Source: an uncultured Acidobacteriota bacterium
Lineage (GTDB): Bacteria > Acidobacteriota > Vicinamibacteria > Vicinamibacterales > CAVVIG01
Length of the DNA stretch: 64,000 nucleotides
NCBI GenBank assembly: GCA_963755195.1
Contig: CAVWIZ010000003.1
Location: forward strand, 44,154 to 108,153
Direction: 5' to 3'
Part shown: piece after piece, positions 48,354 through 57,864 of the stretch
Position numbering within the stretch: position 1 is the first letter of the stretch
How the letters are laid out: each line of letters opens with the position of its first letter
Made by a program: the position numbers and the translations under genes
The notes under the pieces: model-generated
Seen by the model: only the letters and a program-made list of their open reading frames with translations
Told to the model about the DNA's origin: nothing
Databases searched by the model: none

Positions 48354-50021
48354 CTACTGAGTCAACGGCATTCGAGGCAACATCTCATCGCGCATCGCGG
48401 TGTTGTAGAGCAGCGTCGCGATGACGACGGCCGCCTGACGCAAGTCGTCCGGGACCAGCCGATCATAGGTGTCGCTGTTCGTGTGGTGCGTGCGGGTGTC
48501 GTACTCGAGCGGGTCCTGAATGACGCCGGGAGCGGGAATCCCGGCCTGGAAAAAGGGGCGGCAGTCGCCCGGGCACCAGGGGCGCAGCGTCACCAGCGTC
48601 GTGCCGAGATCATTCAGTGGCGCTATCCACTGCTGAAAGATCGGCAGGAGGGCCGCATTACCCGAGAGCCCCACCCCTCGAATCCTGCCGGTCCCGAGGT
48701 CCACGTTGTAAACAGCCGAGAGGAGCGCATGGTCGGGCTTTGGAACAATGGCACCCACTCTTCTGCGCATCGCCTCCGGGATGAGCAACTGCTGCGGCGT
48801 GACGTCGTGCGGCACGTCCGCGATGTGACGGTTCACATAGGCGACCGAGCCGAGGAGGCCCTGCTCTTCTCCCGTCCACAGGGCCACTCTGATCGTTCGT
48901 GCGGGCCGGACGCCAAGCGCGTTCAGGATGCGCATCGCTTCCATCGCGACGACGACACCTGCGCCATCGTCTGTGGCGCCGGTGCCCGCCGCCCAACTGT
49001 CGAGGTGGGCCGTGACCATCACCGCCTCGTTCTTTCGGCGCCCGTCGACACCCGGGATCTCGGCGAACACATTGAAGCCTTCCACACGATCGCCCGTGAA
49101 CTCCACGTCCACGTTCATCTCAACCTTGACCGGCACCTTTCGATCCAACAGCCTGGTCATCCTGAGGTATTCCTCGACCGCCACGACCACAAGCGGAACC
49201 TGCATGGCATGCGCCTTCTGATAGGCGTACATCCCAAGGTTGGAGTTCCAATCCGCGTAAATGGTCCCACCGCTCGCGCCGCCACGCGGATTGTTTCCAC
49301 TCGGGACCATGACGGCGCGAACGCCCTCGTCTTTGAAAAAGCGCGAAATCCGCTCCGCGAACGCTGCGTTCGCGAACCCCCGCTCGACATTTTGTTGAGC
49401 CGCGTCATCGTCGCGTGGCGCGCCCGGCAGAATCCGTCCAAACTCAGCGAGCTTCACATCATCGAACCGATCCGACAGCGGCTTGTCGATCGGGAAGGTC
49501 TCCGGCACGCTCGCCGCCCTTCCAAGCAGGACGATCTTGCCTTCTAGCTTCCCTCGAAGCGCGTCGAATCCCTTCTCGTCGCCGAATCCGTGCACCGACA
49601 CCACGTCTCCGGCGATCCGGCCTGGCGTTGCCGGCGACCACGGACCCGCCGTCGTGATGAAGTTCGCGCCATAGGGCTCCACGAGCCGCACCCATACATT
49701 GCGCTGACGCCAGCCGAACCCGAACTCGCCCCAGCTCTCTTTCTGAACGTTCGAGCTCCCGGCCGCGGCAAGTCGATCCATCGCCCAGGAGACCGCCTTC
49801 TCCAGGCCCGGGGACCCGGTGAGGCGCGGGCCGATGCCGTCCATCAGCTCCGTTGCGTAGTCCATGACTTTCGAGCGCGTCATCCCCTCGTCGCGGATGC
49901 GCCCATACATGACCAGATCGGGAGCATCGCTCGACACCTGAGCCATGACCAGCTTTGCGGCCACAAGGGCGATCATGGTGATCGTCAAGCTTCGTCGAGA
50001 GTTGAATCGTTCGAAGAACAT
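48354..50021 (-). CDS. M28 family metallopeptidase, secreted
   Basis: ORF 48354..50042. HLDSW..GTGATDDGAGV..WTGEEQGLLGS..H(T)NSDT metal-ligand pattern. ATG 50021 or 50039 are possible starts; the TTG at 50042 lies inside the octamer array. Confidence 0.85.
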   Translation of the reverse strand: MFFERFNSRRSLTITMIALVAAKLVMAQVSSDAPDLVMYGRIRDEGMTRSKVMDYATELMDGIGPRLTGSPGLEKAVSWAMDRLAAAGSSNVQKESWGEFGFGWRQRNVWVRLVEPYGANFITTAGPWSPATPGRIAGDVVSVHGFGDEKGFDALRGKLEGKIVLLGRAASVPETFPIDKPLSDRFDDVKLAEFGRILPGAPRDDDAAQQNVERGFANAAFAERISRFFKDEGVRAVMVPSGNNPRGGASGGTIYADWNSNLGMYAYQKAHAMQVPLVVVAVEEYLRMTRLLDRKVPVKVEMNVDVEFTGDRVEGFNVFAEIPGVDGRRKNEAVMVTAHLDSWAAGTGATDDGAGVVVAMEAMRILNALGVRPARTIRVALWTGEEQGLLGSVAYVNRHIADVPHDVTPQQLLIPEAMRRRVGAIVPKPDHALLSAVYNVDLGTGRIRGVGLSGNAALLPIFQQWIAPLNDLGTTLVTLRPWCPGDCRPFFQAGIPAPGVIQDPLEYDTRTHHTNSDTYDRLVPDDLRQAAVVIATLLYNTAMRDEMLPRMPLTQ

Positions 50022-50039
50022 GGCGTATCCCGGCACCAT

Positions 50040-50102
50040 CAATTACCCAATTACCCAATTACCCAATTACCCAATTACTCAATTACCAAATTCCAAATCA
50101 CC
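50040..50102 (-). repeat. YGGGTAAT octamer array (7 units) filling the MFS-to-M28 spacer
   Basis: Plus strand has AATTACCC x4, then AATTACTC, AATTACCA, AATTCCAA. The minus strand gives four GGG tracts with 5-nt TAATT loops. Confidence 0.9.
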
Positions 50103-51600
50103 TGAACATCTGGCTGACAAGCGTCAGCGTCCTGAAGACGCCCCAGCCGATTGGGACACCAGCGAGCAGCCAGCCGGCAGCCACCAGGCCCCACTCGCCT
50201 GCCGGCGCACCAGCCATCGTCGTCTTCGACTGACCGCGCCCGGCCACCGGCGCCCCAGGCGACAAAGTAAACAGGTCTTTCCCGACCGGCCGCACGGCCA
50301 GATTACAGATCAAGCCGACGCCGAGAAAGGCCACGAGGATGTACATCGTGAACGTATAAGCGTTGGCCGGCGCCACGCCGTGGCCGATCTGGAATTCGCG
50401 AATGTAATTCACGAGCACCGGCCCGAGAATGCCGGCGGTGGACCAGGCGGTCAGCAGGCGACCGTGAATCGCGCTCACGTTCCCCACGCCAAACATGTCC
50501 GCCAGGTACGCCGGAATCGTCGCGAATCCTCCGCCGTACATCGTCAGGATGATGCAGTAGATCGCGACAAAGAGCGCCAGGCTGCCGCTTGCTCCCGCCG
50601 CCGGCGCCGAGGCGTAGAGCAACATGCCGAGTGCGAAGAACACCATATACGTGGTCTTGCGGCCTATGTGGTCGGACAGCGACGCCCAGAAGATGCGTCC
50701 GCCGATGTTGAAGAGGCTGAGCAGTCCGATGAAGCCGGCAGCGGCCGACGCCGTGACGCGTCCCTTGAAGATCTCCTGAATCATCGGCGACGCGATGCCG
50801 AGCACGCCTATGCCGGCCGTGACGTTGAGACACAGAACGCCCCAGAGGAACCAGAATTGCGGTGTCTTCCACGCGACGTCCACGGGCACGGAGCCTGCCG
50901 CGGTCGCGGCCTGCGTGTGGGCGGGCGGCGTCCATCCGGCCGGCGACCAGCCAGGCGCCGGCAGACGGTACCCGAACGCACCGGCCATCATCACGACGAA
51001 GTAAATCGCCCCGAATACCACGAACGTCTGCCAGACGCCGACCGACTCCGGCGTGGCGAACTGTTTCATCAACACGTCGGCGAGCGGGGTGCCAATCATC
51101 GCGCCGCCGCCAAATCCCATGATCGCCAGACCCGTCGCCATGCCGCGGCGATCGGGAAACCATTTGATCAGCGTCGAGACCGGCGAAATGTAGCCCAGCC
51201 CCAGGCCACAGCCGCCGATCACGCCCGAACCGAGCCACAGCATCCAGATTTGATGCAGCTCGATGCCGACCGCCGAGACGAAAAACCCTCCGCTCCAGCA
51301 GCACGCGGCCACGACGCCTGCCTTGCGCGGCCCTTCGCGCTCGACCCATGGGCCAAAGATGGCGGCCGACGATCCGAGCATCACGAAAAACAGCGTGAAC
51401 ATCCACCCGAGCGTGCTGATCTTCCAGTCGTCCGGCGCCGACTGCGTGATGCCGATGGCACGGCTGAGCGGCAGCCAGAACACACTGAACCCGTACGCCA
51501 TGCCAATGCACAAGTGGATCGCGAGCGCCGCGGGCGGCACCAGCCAGCGATTGAACTCGGGCCCGGCGATGATGCGATCTTTCGAGAGCAGGTCGGCCAT
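50098..51600 (-). CDS. MFS transporter, oxalate/formate antiporter (OFA) family
   Basis: 500-aa polytopic ORF. N-terminal NRWLVPPAALAIHLCIGMAYGFSVFWLPL and WFPDRRGMATGLAIMGFGGG motifs typical of the OFA family. Confidence 0.8.
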   Translation of the reverse strand: MADLLSKDRIIAGPEFNRWLVPPAALAIHLCIGMAYGFSVFWLPLSRAIGITQSAPDDWKISTLGWMFTLFFVMLGSSAAIFGPWVEREGPRKAGVVAACCWSGGFFVSAVGIELHQIWMLWLGSGVIGGCGLGLGYISPVSTLIKWFPDRRGMATGLAIMGFGGGAMIGTPLADVLMKQFATPESVGVWQTFVVFGAIYFVVMMAGAFGYRLPAPGWSPAGWTPPAHTQAATAAGSVPVDVAWKTPQFWFLWGVLCLNVTAGIGVLGIASPMIQEIFKGRVTASAAAGFIGLLSLFNIGGRIFWASLSDHIGRKTTYMVFFALGMLLYASAPAAGASGSLALFVAIYCIILTMYGGGFATIPAYLADMFGVGNVSAIHGRLLTAWSTAGILGPVLVNYIREFQIGHGVAPANAYTFTMYILVAFLGVGLICNLAVRPVGKDLFTLSPGAPVAGRGQSKTTMAGAPAGEWGLVAAGWLLAGVPIGWGVFRTLTLVSQMFR

Positions 51601-51612
51601 CGATCTGATGAT

Positions 51613-52444
51613 CTAGGTGACGACGCGCTCAGGATGCGCGTAGATGTTGAAGTTGGGGCCACGGAGAAAACCAATGAGCGTGATGCCGCACTCCTCCGCC
51701 AGATCGATGGCGAGGCTCGACGGGGCCGACACGGCGGCCACCATGGGAATACCGGCCAGAAAGGCCTTCTGGACGATCTCGAACGACGTCCGCCCGCTGA
51801 CAAACAGCACGTGGTTGCTGAGCGGCAGCCGCTCCTGCATCAGCATCCGGCCGACGACCTTGTCCACGGCGTTGTGCCGGCCGACATCTTCGGCCACGGT
51901 TTCGAGCGTGCCGTCGCGTGTGAACAGGCCCGCCGCGTGGAGCCCGCCGGTCTCGGCGAACACGGCCTGCGCCTTGCGAAGCCGGTCGGGGATGTCCACG
52001 ATGGTTGATGCGGGAATCGTCCATGGCACCACGAGCGCCGGCGCGTTGGTCCGCAGCGAGTCGATCGTCAGCCGGCCGCACATGCCGCACGACGAATTGG
52101 TCGTGACGTTCCGGCGCTCGCTCATCAGCCGCTCGAGCGATTCGGCCGACGCGTTCGTCAGGCTGACGTTGACGATGTTCTCGGGATGATCGGCCGCAGG
52201 ATCGGTACAGGTCCTCGATGGTGCCAAGGTCGTCGGCGTTGCCGATAATGCCCTCGGCGAGCAGGAAACCGGCGGCCAGCTCGCGATCCGAACCCGGCGT
52301 CCGCATGATGACCGAGAACGGCCGGTTGTGCAGGCGGACTTCGAGCGGTTCCTCGGTGGCCGCGTGATCGTCGTCCGCAGAGCGCACGCCGCCCCTGACG
52401 CGCGTGACGGCCACGCCCCGAAACGCCTCGGCCATAGCGCGCAT
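51613..52444 (-). pseudogene. fdhD: formate dehydrogenase accessory sulfurtransferase FdhD, frame-disrupted near 52204-52214
   Basis: N-terminus in ORF 51629..52444 (..EEPLEVRLHNRPFSVIMRTPGSDRELAAGFLLAEGII..GTIEDL). The rest lies in ORF 51613..52227 (CTDP..SSCGMCGR..GGLHAAG..DVGRHNAVDKV..SGRTSFEIVQKA), +1 frame. Confidence 0.85.
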
Positions 52445-52485
52445 TGTAGGTCAGATGCAGCGCGTACTGCTCGGCAGCGCCCGCC

Positions 52486-55221
52486 TCAGCGGGCCGCGGC
52501 CCCGACGTGGGCGTTCACGTCGTCGAACCAGTTCAGCACGACGTTGATGCGTGTGGCCGGTTGCTGCAGCGCCGTCGGCTCGATCATCAGGAAGCGCCGA
52601 TCCGGGGACACGTCGTAGCCCGCCGCTCCGGCGTCGTTGACCTGGTACTGCCCCTCGAACAGCAGCCGCGCCGATCCCGCGGTGAATATCGAACCGCTCG
52701 CCATGGCGACAGCCATCATCTTGTCGCCGTTGCGGTAGAACAGCTCCCGTCCGTCGCGCGACCAGCGTGGCTCAGAGCCACCGCCCGTCGAGATTGCGAA
52801 TTTTCCTCCGGCATTGGGAAACGGGCGCACGTATATTTCGCCGCGGCCGGATTCGTTCGAGCTATACGCCAGCCAGCGGCCGTCGGGCGAGAGTAGTGGC
52901 GCCGCTTCGCTCGATCGCGTCCTCAGGACGACCTGCGGCTGGCGTCCGCCGTCGAGCCGCATCATCAACATGTCCGCGCCTGTGTCGGCCGCGGTGTCGA
53001 CAAAGAAGAGGAGCATGCCGTCGGATGACAGCGACGTCGGCGTCTGCATCGTCTCTCCAGTGGTCAGACGCTCTTCCTCGCCGGCGCCGTCGGCGGCCCG
53101 CCAGAACACATTTCGATAGCCGGCCCGCGTTCCGCGATAGACGAGTCGGCGCCCGTCCGGCGTCCAGACCGGCGCCTGGCTGCTTCCCATGGAGGGCAGT
53201 GTCGTGAGCGTCGAGCGGGCGATGTCATAAATCCAGATCGTCTGTGTCGGTCCCTGAATGCTGACGGCCACGGAACGCCCGTCCGGCGAGACGGCCGGGT
53301 CCGTGTACGCGTTCGGAGGCGCCGGCACGGGTTCGACGTGTCCATCGGCTCCCACCCACACCAAACGGCGGTCGGAGTTGCTGGAGCCGGACGGGATGTA
53401 TGCGAGCGTCCCAGAGTTGGAGACCGCGTATTGGGCGCCTTCGCCCGACTGTTCGCTGGCGCGATCGGCGAGCGTGACGGGCGGGCCGGTCACGCGCAGG
53501 TTGGCCACGTCGAAGGGCACGACGACCATCTCCTCGGCTCTCGCGTAGAGGAGATGACCCGAAGACACATAGCGACCCGTGCTCGCGCCTCGGACGAGCA
53601 CGCGCCGTTCGCCGCTATCTCCGATTTGCAGCTCGAGATGTTTCTCGTCCCAACCCGGGCCGGTCCAGACCGTGAAGAGCACGGTCTTCCCGTCCGGCAA
53701 GACCTGCGGCCACCGGTGACTCACTTCGCCCTGCGTGCGGTTCAGTCGAGTGACCGCCTGCGGCGCGCCGCCCGAGGCCGACACCTTCCAGATGCCCGAC
53801 GTGTTGAAGGGTGCGAAATAGATGGAATCGTCCGTGCCCCAGGTTCCTCCCATGCCGCTCGCCGCGTCGCAGAGCGTCTGGAGGCCACCTCCCGCCGCGA
53901 GCACTTTCTTCAGCTTGCCTTGAGCGAAGAAGCCAATCCACCGCCCATCGGGGGAGAAAAATGGTTCGATGGCGCCTTCGGTTCCGGAGAGCGGCGTGAT
54001 CTCCAGGCTGTCGATGGGGCGAACGAACAACTGCAGAGCGCCTCCGGCGCGGCTGGCCGAGTACGCCAGCCTCCGGCCGTCGGGAGACAGCGCCACCGAT
54101 GGCGAAACCAACTGGAGCGTGTCACCAGGCGGCAACGCGACGGTCAGTCGTGCAACCGGCAATCGATTCGACGTGACGCCCGGTTTCAAGGTCCACGCGG
54201 CAAGGCCCGCCACGAGCGCTGCCACCACCGCGACGAGGCCCACATACAGCGAACCACGGCGCCCGATCGGCCTCGTCTTCGTCCTTGCGATCTCAACGCC
54301 CTCGTCCCCAGTCGAGCGCTCGGCCAGCGCGTCGTCGATCTCGAGTCGCACGTCACCGGCATTCTGCAGCCGCCGGCCCCGATCCTTTTCCAGGCAGCGC
54401 CGCAACAGCTTCCGAATCGACGGCGGCGTGCCCGCGGGCAGTCGGCCCCAATCCGGTTCTGTCTTCAGCACGGCAGCCAGAATCTCCGGCACCGTGTCGC
54501 CAGGAAACGCCTGCCGTCCTGTCAGCATTTCGTACAACACGGATCCGAACGCGAAGATGTCGGCCCGGCGATCGATCGTCAGCCCCTTGGCCTGCTCCGG
54601 CGCCATGTATGCCGCCGTGCCGAGGATCGTTCCAGGCATCGACGCCAGCATCATCGTGGGAGAGTTCGTCAGCCCCGCGCGAGAAGCGTCCGCTTCTGCG
54701 ACCTTCGCGAGGCCGAAATCGAGCACCTTCACCACGACGTCATCGGATCGCTGCGTCTGGTGAAGGACGATGTTGGCGGGCTTCAAGTCGCGGTGGACGA
54801 TGCCCTGTTCGTGCGCGGCTTCCAGGGCGTCGCACATTTGTCGCGCAATAGCGAGCGCCTCGTCGATCGGCAGCTGTCCGCGCGCGATCCGGTGCGCGAG
54901 GGTCTCTCCTTCGACGAGTTCGAGCACCAGGAATTGAACGGCCGCCTGCCCCGATCCAGCCGACGGGTCGGCTCGTTCGAAGCCATGAATGGCGCCGATA
55001 TTGGCGTGGTTGAGCGAAGCGAGGACCTGCGCTTCACGCCGGAATCGTTCGACTCGCTCGGGATCGTGAACAAACGCGTCGGGCAGAATCTTGAGGGCCA
55101 CATCGCGACCGAGCCTGCTATCGCGCGCTCGATACACCTCGCCCATACCGCCTTGGCCGAGCAGGGCGACGATTTCATATTGACCAAGGTTCGTCCCCGT
55201 CGTCAGCGGCACGAGGGACAT
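52486..55221 (-). CDS. serine/threonine protein kinase fused to TolB-like (PD40) beta-propeller repeats
   Basis: ORF 52486..55509 with start MSLVPLTTGTNLGQYEIVALLGQGGMGEVYRA (ATG 55221). HRDLKPANI, DFGLA and APE kinase motifs, one TM segment, then repeated SPDG(R/K) propeller blades. Confidence 0.9.
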   Translation of the reverse strand: MSLVPLTTGTNLGQYEIVALLGQGGMGEVYRARDSRLGRDVALKILPDAFVHDPERVERFRREAQVLASLNHANIGAIHGFERADPSAGSGQAAVQFLVLELVEGETLAHRIARGQLPIDEALAIARQMCDALEAAHEQGIVHRDLKPANIVLHQTQRSDDVVVKVLDFGLAKVAEADASRAGLTNSPTMMLASMPGTILGTAAYMAPEQAKGLTIDRRADIFAFGSVLYEMLTGRQAFPGDTVPEILAAVLKTEPDWGRLPAGTPPSIRKLLRRCLEKDRGRRLQNAGDVRLEIDDALAERSTGDEGVEIARTKTRPIGRRGSLYVGLVAVVAALVAGLAAWTLKPGVTSNRLPVARLTVALPPGDTLQLVSPSVALSPDGRRLAYSASRAGGALQLFVRPIDSLEITPLSGTEGAIEPFFSPDGRWIGFFAQGKLKKVLAAGGGLQTLCDAASGMGGTWGTDDSIYFAPFNTSGIWKVSASGGAPQAVTRLNRTQGEVSHRWPQVLPDGKTVLFTVWTGPGWDEKHLELQIGDSGERRVLVRGASTGRYVSSGHLLYARAEEMVVVPFDVANLRVTGPPVTLADRASEQSGEGAQYAVSNSGTLAYIPSGSSNSDRRLVWVGADGHVEPVPAPPNAYTDPAVSPDGRSVAVSIQGPTQTIWIYDIARSTLTTLPSMGSSQAPVWTPDGRRLVYRGTRAGYRNVFWRAADGAGEEERLTTGETMQTPTSLSSDGMLLFFVDTAADTGADMLMMRLDGGRQPQVVLRTRSSEAAPLLSPDGRWLAYSSNESGRGEIYVRPFPNAGGKFAISTGGGSEPRWSRDGRELFYRNGDKMMAVAMASGSIFTAGSARLLFEGQYQVNDAGAAGYDVSPDRRFLMIEPTALQQPATRINVVLNWFDDVNAHVGAAAR

Positions 55222-55267
55222 TGTAACTGCGCAGCGCAGCCGCCACCCGCGACACGGCCAGTATGGA

Positions 55268-55273
55268 TAAAAT
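55268..55273 (+). promoter_or_regulatory. -10-like TAAAAT 8 nt upstream of the yajQ ATG
   Basis: ggaTAAAATgtggacccATG. Confidence 0.3.
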
Positions 55274-55281
55274 GTGGACCC

Positions 55282-55782
55282 ATGGCTGACACCTGTTCGT
55301 TTGACGTCACGTCGCCCGTTGACTTCCAGGAAGTGGACAACGCGCTCAACCAGGCACGCAAGGAGGTCGGCCAGCGCTACGACTTCAAGGGCGTCACCGC
55401 CGACATCACGCTCAACGCCCAGGAAAAGACCCTCACGCTCCTCGCCGAGGACGAGTCGAAGATGAACGCGCTCTGGGAAGTGATCCTGACCAAGATGGCC
55501 AAGCGGCACGTCCCGGTGAAGAATTTCAAGGAGACCACATCCGAAGCGGCCGCCGGCAGCAAGGTGCGCCGTCTCATCTCAATCCAGCAGGGCATCCCGA
55601 TCGAAGCCGCTCGCGAGATCGTCAAGTTCATCAAGGATCAGAAGATGAAGAAGGTGCAGGCCTCGATTCAAGCCGACCAGGTGCGCGTGACCTCGCCTTC
55701 GAGAGACGAGCTGCAGGACGTGATGAATCGCCTCCGCGGGCACGACTTCGGCGTCGCTCTGCAGTTTGGGAACTACCGGTAG
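55282..55782 (+). CDS. yajQ: YajQ family cyclic-di-GMP/nucleotide-binding protein
   Basis: C-terminal 166 codons of ORF 53338..55782. MADTCSFDVTSPVDFQEVDNALNQARKEVGQRYDFKG is a canonical YajQ N-terminus. Confidence 0.88.
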   Translation: MADTCSFDVTSPVDFQEVDNALNQARKEVGQRYDFKGVTADITLNAQEKTLTLLAEDESKMNALWEVILTKMAKRHVPVKNFKETTSEAAAGSKVRRLISIQQGIPIEAAREIVKFIKDQKMKKVQASIQADQVRVTSPSRDELQDVMNRLRGHDFGVALQFGNYR

Positions 55783-55810
55783 CGGTGGTCGGTGGTCGAT
55801 GGTCGGAAAA
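55783..55810 (+). repeat. CGGTGGT heptamer x3-4 immediately after the yajQ stop
   Basis: TAG-CGGTGGT-CGGTGGT-CGATGGT-CGGAAAA. Confidence 0.8.
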
Positions 55811-55815
55811 ATCGG

Positions 55816-55821
55816 TAAAAT
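55816..55821 (+). promoter_or_regulatory. -10-like TAAAAT 6 nt upstream of the cytochrome c ATG
   Basis: cggTAAAATagcttcATG. Confidence 0.35.
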
Positions 55822-55827
55822 AGCTTC

Positions 55828-56280
55828 ATGACGATCAAATTCCCTGTTCTCGCCCTTATTTCTACTGCGGCTCTGGCGGTGACGACGGCCGGCACGCTTC
55901 GCGCGCAGGCGCCCGCGGCGGCCCCGGCAGCAAAGACAACCAACGACGGTGTGTACACCGAGGCGCAGGTCAAGCGCGGCAACGAGGTGTATCAGGCGCA
56001 GTGCGCGTCATGCCACGACGCACAGCTGGCGGGCAGCGGCACGGCGCCGGCGCTCGCCGGCACCGACTTCAGCGCCAACTGGAAAGACGAAACGGTGAGC
56101 TCCCTCTTCGAGCGCATCCGCGCGACAATGCCGGCGGACAACCCGGGGAGCCTCCAGCGTCCTCAGGTGGCGGATCTTATTGCCTTCATGTTGAACTTCA
56201 ACAAGTACCCCGCAGGGCAAACCGAGCTCGCGACCGATTCCGAGGCGCTGAAAGCGATAAAGATTTCGGCGGTCAAGTAA
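55828..56280 (+). CDS. c-type cytochrome, secreted
   Basis: 150-aa ORF with signal peptide and a single CASCH haem-binding motif (CXXCH). Confidence 0.8.
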   Translation: MTIKFPVLALISTAALAVTTAGTLRAQAPAAAPAAKTTNDGVYTEAQVKRGNEVYQAQCASCHDAQLAGSGTAPALAGTDFSANWKDETVSSLFERIRATMPADNPGSLQRPQVADLIAFMLNFNKYPAGQTELATDSEALKAIKISAVK

Positions 56281-56308
56281 TTCACGGTTCACGGTTCACG
56301 GTTCAGGG
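56281..56308 (+). repeat. TTCACGG heptamer x4 immediately after the cytochrome c stop
   Basis: TAA-TTCACGG-TTCACGG-TTCACGG-TTCAGGG. The last unit forms the left arm of the 56302-56328 hairpin. Confidence 0.85.
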
Positions 56309-56328
56309 TTCGAACCGGGAACCCTGAA
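56302..56328. terminator. hairpin between convergent cytochrome c and MBL genes
   Basis: 10-bp stem TTCAGGGTTC / GAACCCTGAA with a 7-nt loop. No clear U-run on either strand. Confidence 0.45.
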
Positions 56329-56330
56329 GG

Positions 56331-57800
56331 TCATTTTCCCGCCGACGCCTGCAAGTCTTTGAGCGGCGCCATCCGCGTACCGTGGAGCGGCGCGATCTGC
56401 TCGACGTCCAGGTTCAGGCGCTTGATGCCGTCGTATAGCTGCACGATCACCGGGTTGATTCTCGGCGGCGGCGGAGCGTTGGCCACGGGCGGATTCCACA
56501 TATCCACTTCGATCAGAATCTTGCCCTTCGGCAGATAGCCCACGAGCATCGTGTCCGTGTGGTCCGTCGAAAGACGGTAGAGCTCCAGCGTCTGCGTACC
56601 GTCGGTCAGCACGCGCTTGTCGGCCACGGTTTCGATCACCGGCTTCTTTGGCGCCTTCCCCAGCCGATCCGGGCTGATCGTATGCGGCATGGTCGCCACC
56701 TTCTCGTAGTACGCCTTGTTCCCGGCCTGCGTGATGATCGTGTAGCCCTCGGCCATCGCGGCCCGCACGCCGCCAAGGTGATCGAAGTGGTTGTGCGTGT
56801 TCACGACGTATCGGATTGGCTTGCTCGGAATCGTCTTCTTGACGCTCTCGAACACCGCCACCGCCCGGTCGTCGTTCTGCGGCGACTCGAAGACCACGAC
56901 GTAATCCTTGAACTCGACGGCCACGGAGTGATGGCTGCCGCCGGTGAGGTAGTAGACGCCGTCGGCAATCTTCTGCGTGGTGACGGTCTGGGGCGGGGGC
57001 GCGGCCGGCTGGCTGGCGGCCTGCTGCACGTTCTGCGGCACGTCGATCGCCGCGCCGGCGTTCGGCTTCACATCGGTGATCGTCAGGTCGAGTATCGGAT
57101 AGCCGGCCTGCTTCTGCACGATGCGCGTCGGAAACTTCACGCCGCCGAAATCCTTGTAGTTGAGGAAGCTGGTTTCAGTCATCGTGTCGCCGAGCACCGC
57201 GGCGTCGGCCCTCGACTCGACCTTCGTCACCAGATTGTCCGAGCCGAGCGTCGCTTTCACCGGTGTGCCCCCGGCGGTGAAGCTGATGACCTTGCCGGCG
57301 ATCGTGGCGTTGTTCGCCATCGCCCCCTTGATGACGCCCTGCGGGGTCATCGTCCAGATCGCCAGCAGTCGATCGCCGAGGGTGGGCTGGGCCGGCGCCG
57401 CCGCGGGCGCGCCGGCCGCCGGCGCGGCGTTCACGTTCCACGCGGCCTTGCCGCTCACGACCTGGATCTGTTTCTGAGGCGCCAGCAACGGCAGTCCGCC
57501 GCCACCACGTATCGGCCCGCCATCCGGATTGGTGCGATCGAGCTCGACGCGCATCGCCGGCGTGCTGTAGTTGACCGTCGCGGTGTAGCTCGTCACCTTG
57601 AACGCCGGCCAGGGCAGGCCGGGCTTCCACGCCTGCCCGTACGAGTGGTTCGCGCCGCTTCCCGAAAACTGCAAGGACGTCAGGTTGGCCGCGCCGAGCG
57701 CCGTGGCGGCCGCGTCGAGTGTGGCCTTTGCGTCCTGCGCACGCGCGTTCTGCAATGCCGCCACGACCGCCAGCGCCGCGATGAATGTCTTTCGCATCAT
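56331..57800 (-). CDS. MBL-fold metallo-hydrolase with N-terminal extension, secreted
   Basis: 489-aa ORF with signal peptide. NTHNHFDHLGG (HxHxDH) motif. AGGAGGG Shine-Dalgarno sequence upstream of the ATG. Confidence 0.8.
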   Translation of the reverse strand: MMRKTFIAALAVVAALQNARAQDAKATLDAAATALGAANLTSLQFSGSGANHSYGQAWKPGLPWPAFKVTSYTATVNYSTPAMRVELDRTNPDGGPIRGGGGLPLLAPQKQIQVVSGKAAWNVNAAPAAGAPAAAPAQPTLGDRLLAIWTMTPQGVIKGAMANNATIAGKVISFTAGGTPVKATLGSDNLVTKVESRADAAVLGDTMTETSFLNYKDFGGVKFPTRIVQKQAGYPILDLTITDVKPNAGAAIDVPQNVQQAASQPAAPPPQTVTTQKIADGVYYLTGGSHHSVAVEFKDYVVVFESPQNDDRAVAVFESVKKTIPSKPIRYVVNTHNHFDHLGGVRAAMAEGYTIITQAGNKAYYEKVATMPHTISPDRLGKAPKKPVIETVADKRVLTDGTQTLELYRLSTDHTDTMLVGYLPKGKILIEVDMWNPPVANAPPPPRINPVIVQLYDGIKRLNLDVEQIAPLHGTRMAPLKDLQASAGK

Positions 57801-57822
57801 GCCCTCCTGAAGTCCTGCCGCT

Positions 57823-57861
57823 AGAAAGAAAAAGACCCGCCCTCTGTGAAGAGGGCGGGTC
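57823..57861 (-). terminator. rho-independent terminator of the TonB-receptor gene
   Basis: On the minus strand, an 11-bp perfect stem GACCCGCCCTC / GAGGGCGGGTC with a 6-nt loop, followed by TTTTTCTTTCT. Confidence 0.75.
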
Positions 57862-57864
57862 TCA

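Noticed and set aside
50036-50105. 'NYPITQLPNYPITQLP' peptide repeats in the six-frame track (also at 36591-36672 and 57846-57925) that look like a repeat protein.
   Set aside because: They are the translation of the intergenic octamer arrays. The ORFs have no credible starts or context and lie between well-defined gene ends. Only the 30586-30627 copy is inside a real CDS.
53338-55281. The 814-aa ORF 53338..55782, apparently a large protein ending in YajQ.
   Set aside because: Only the last 166 codons match YajQ, which has its own ATG and a -10-like box. The upstream part is antisense to the kinase gene and has shadow-ORF composition.
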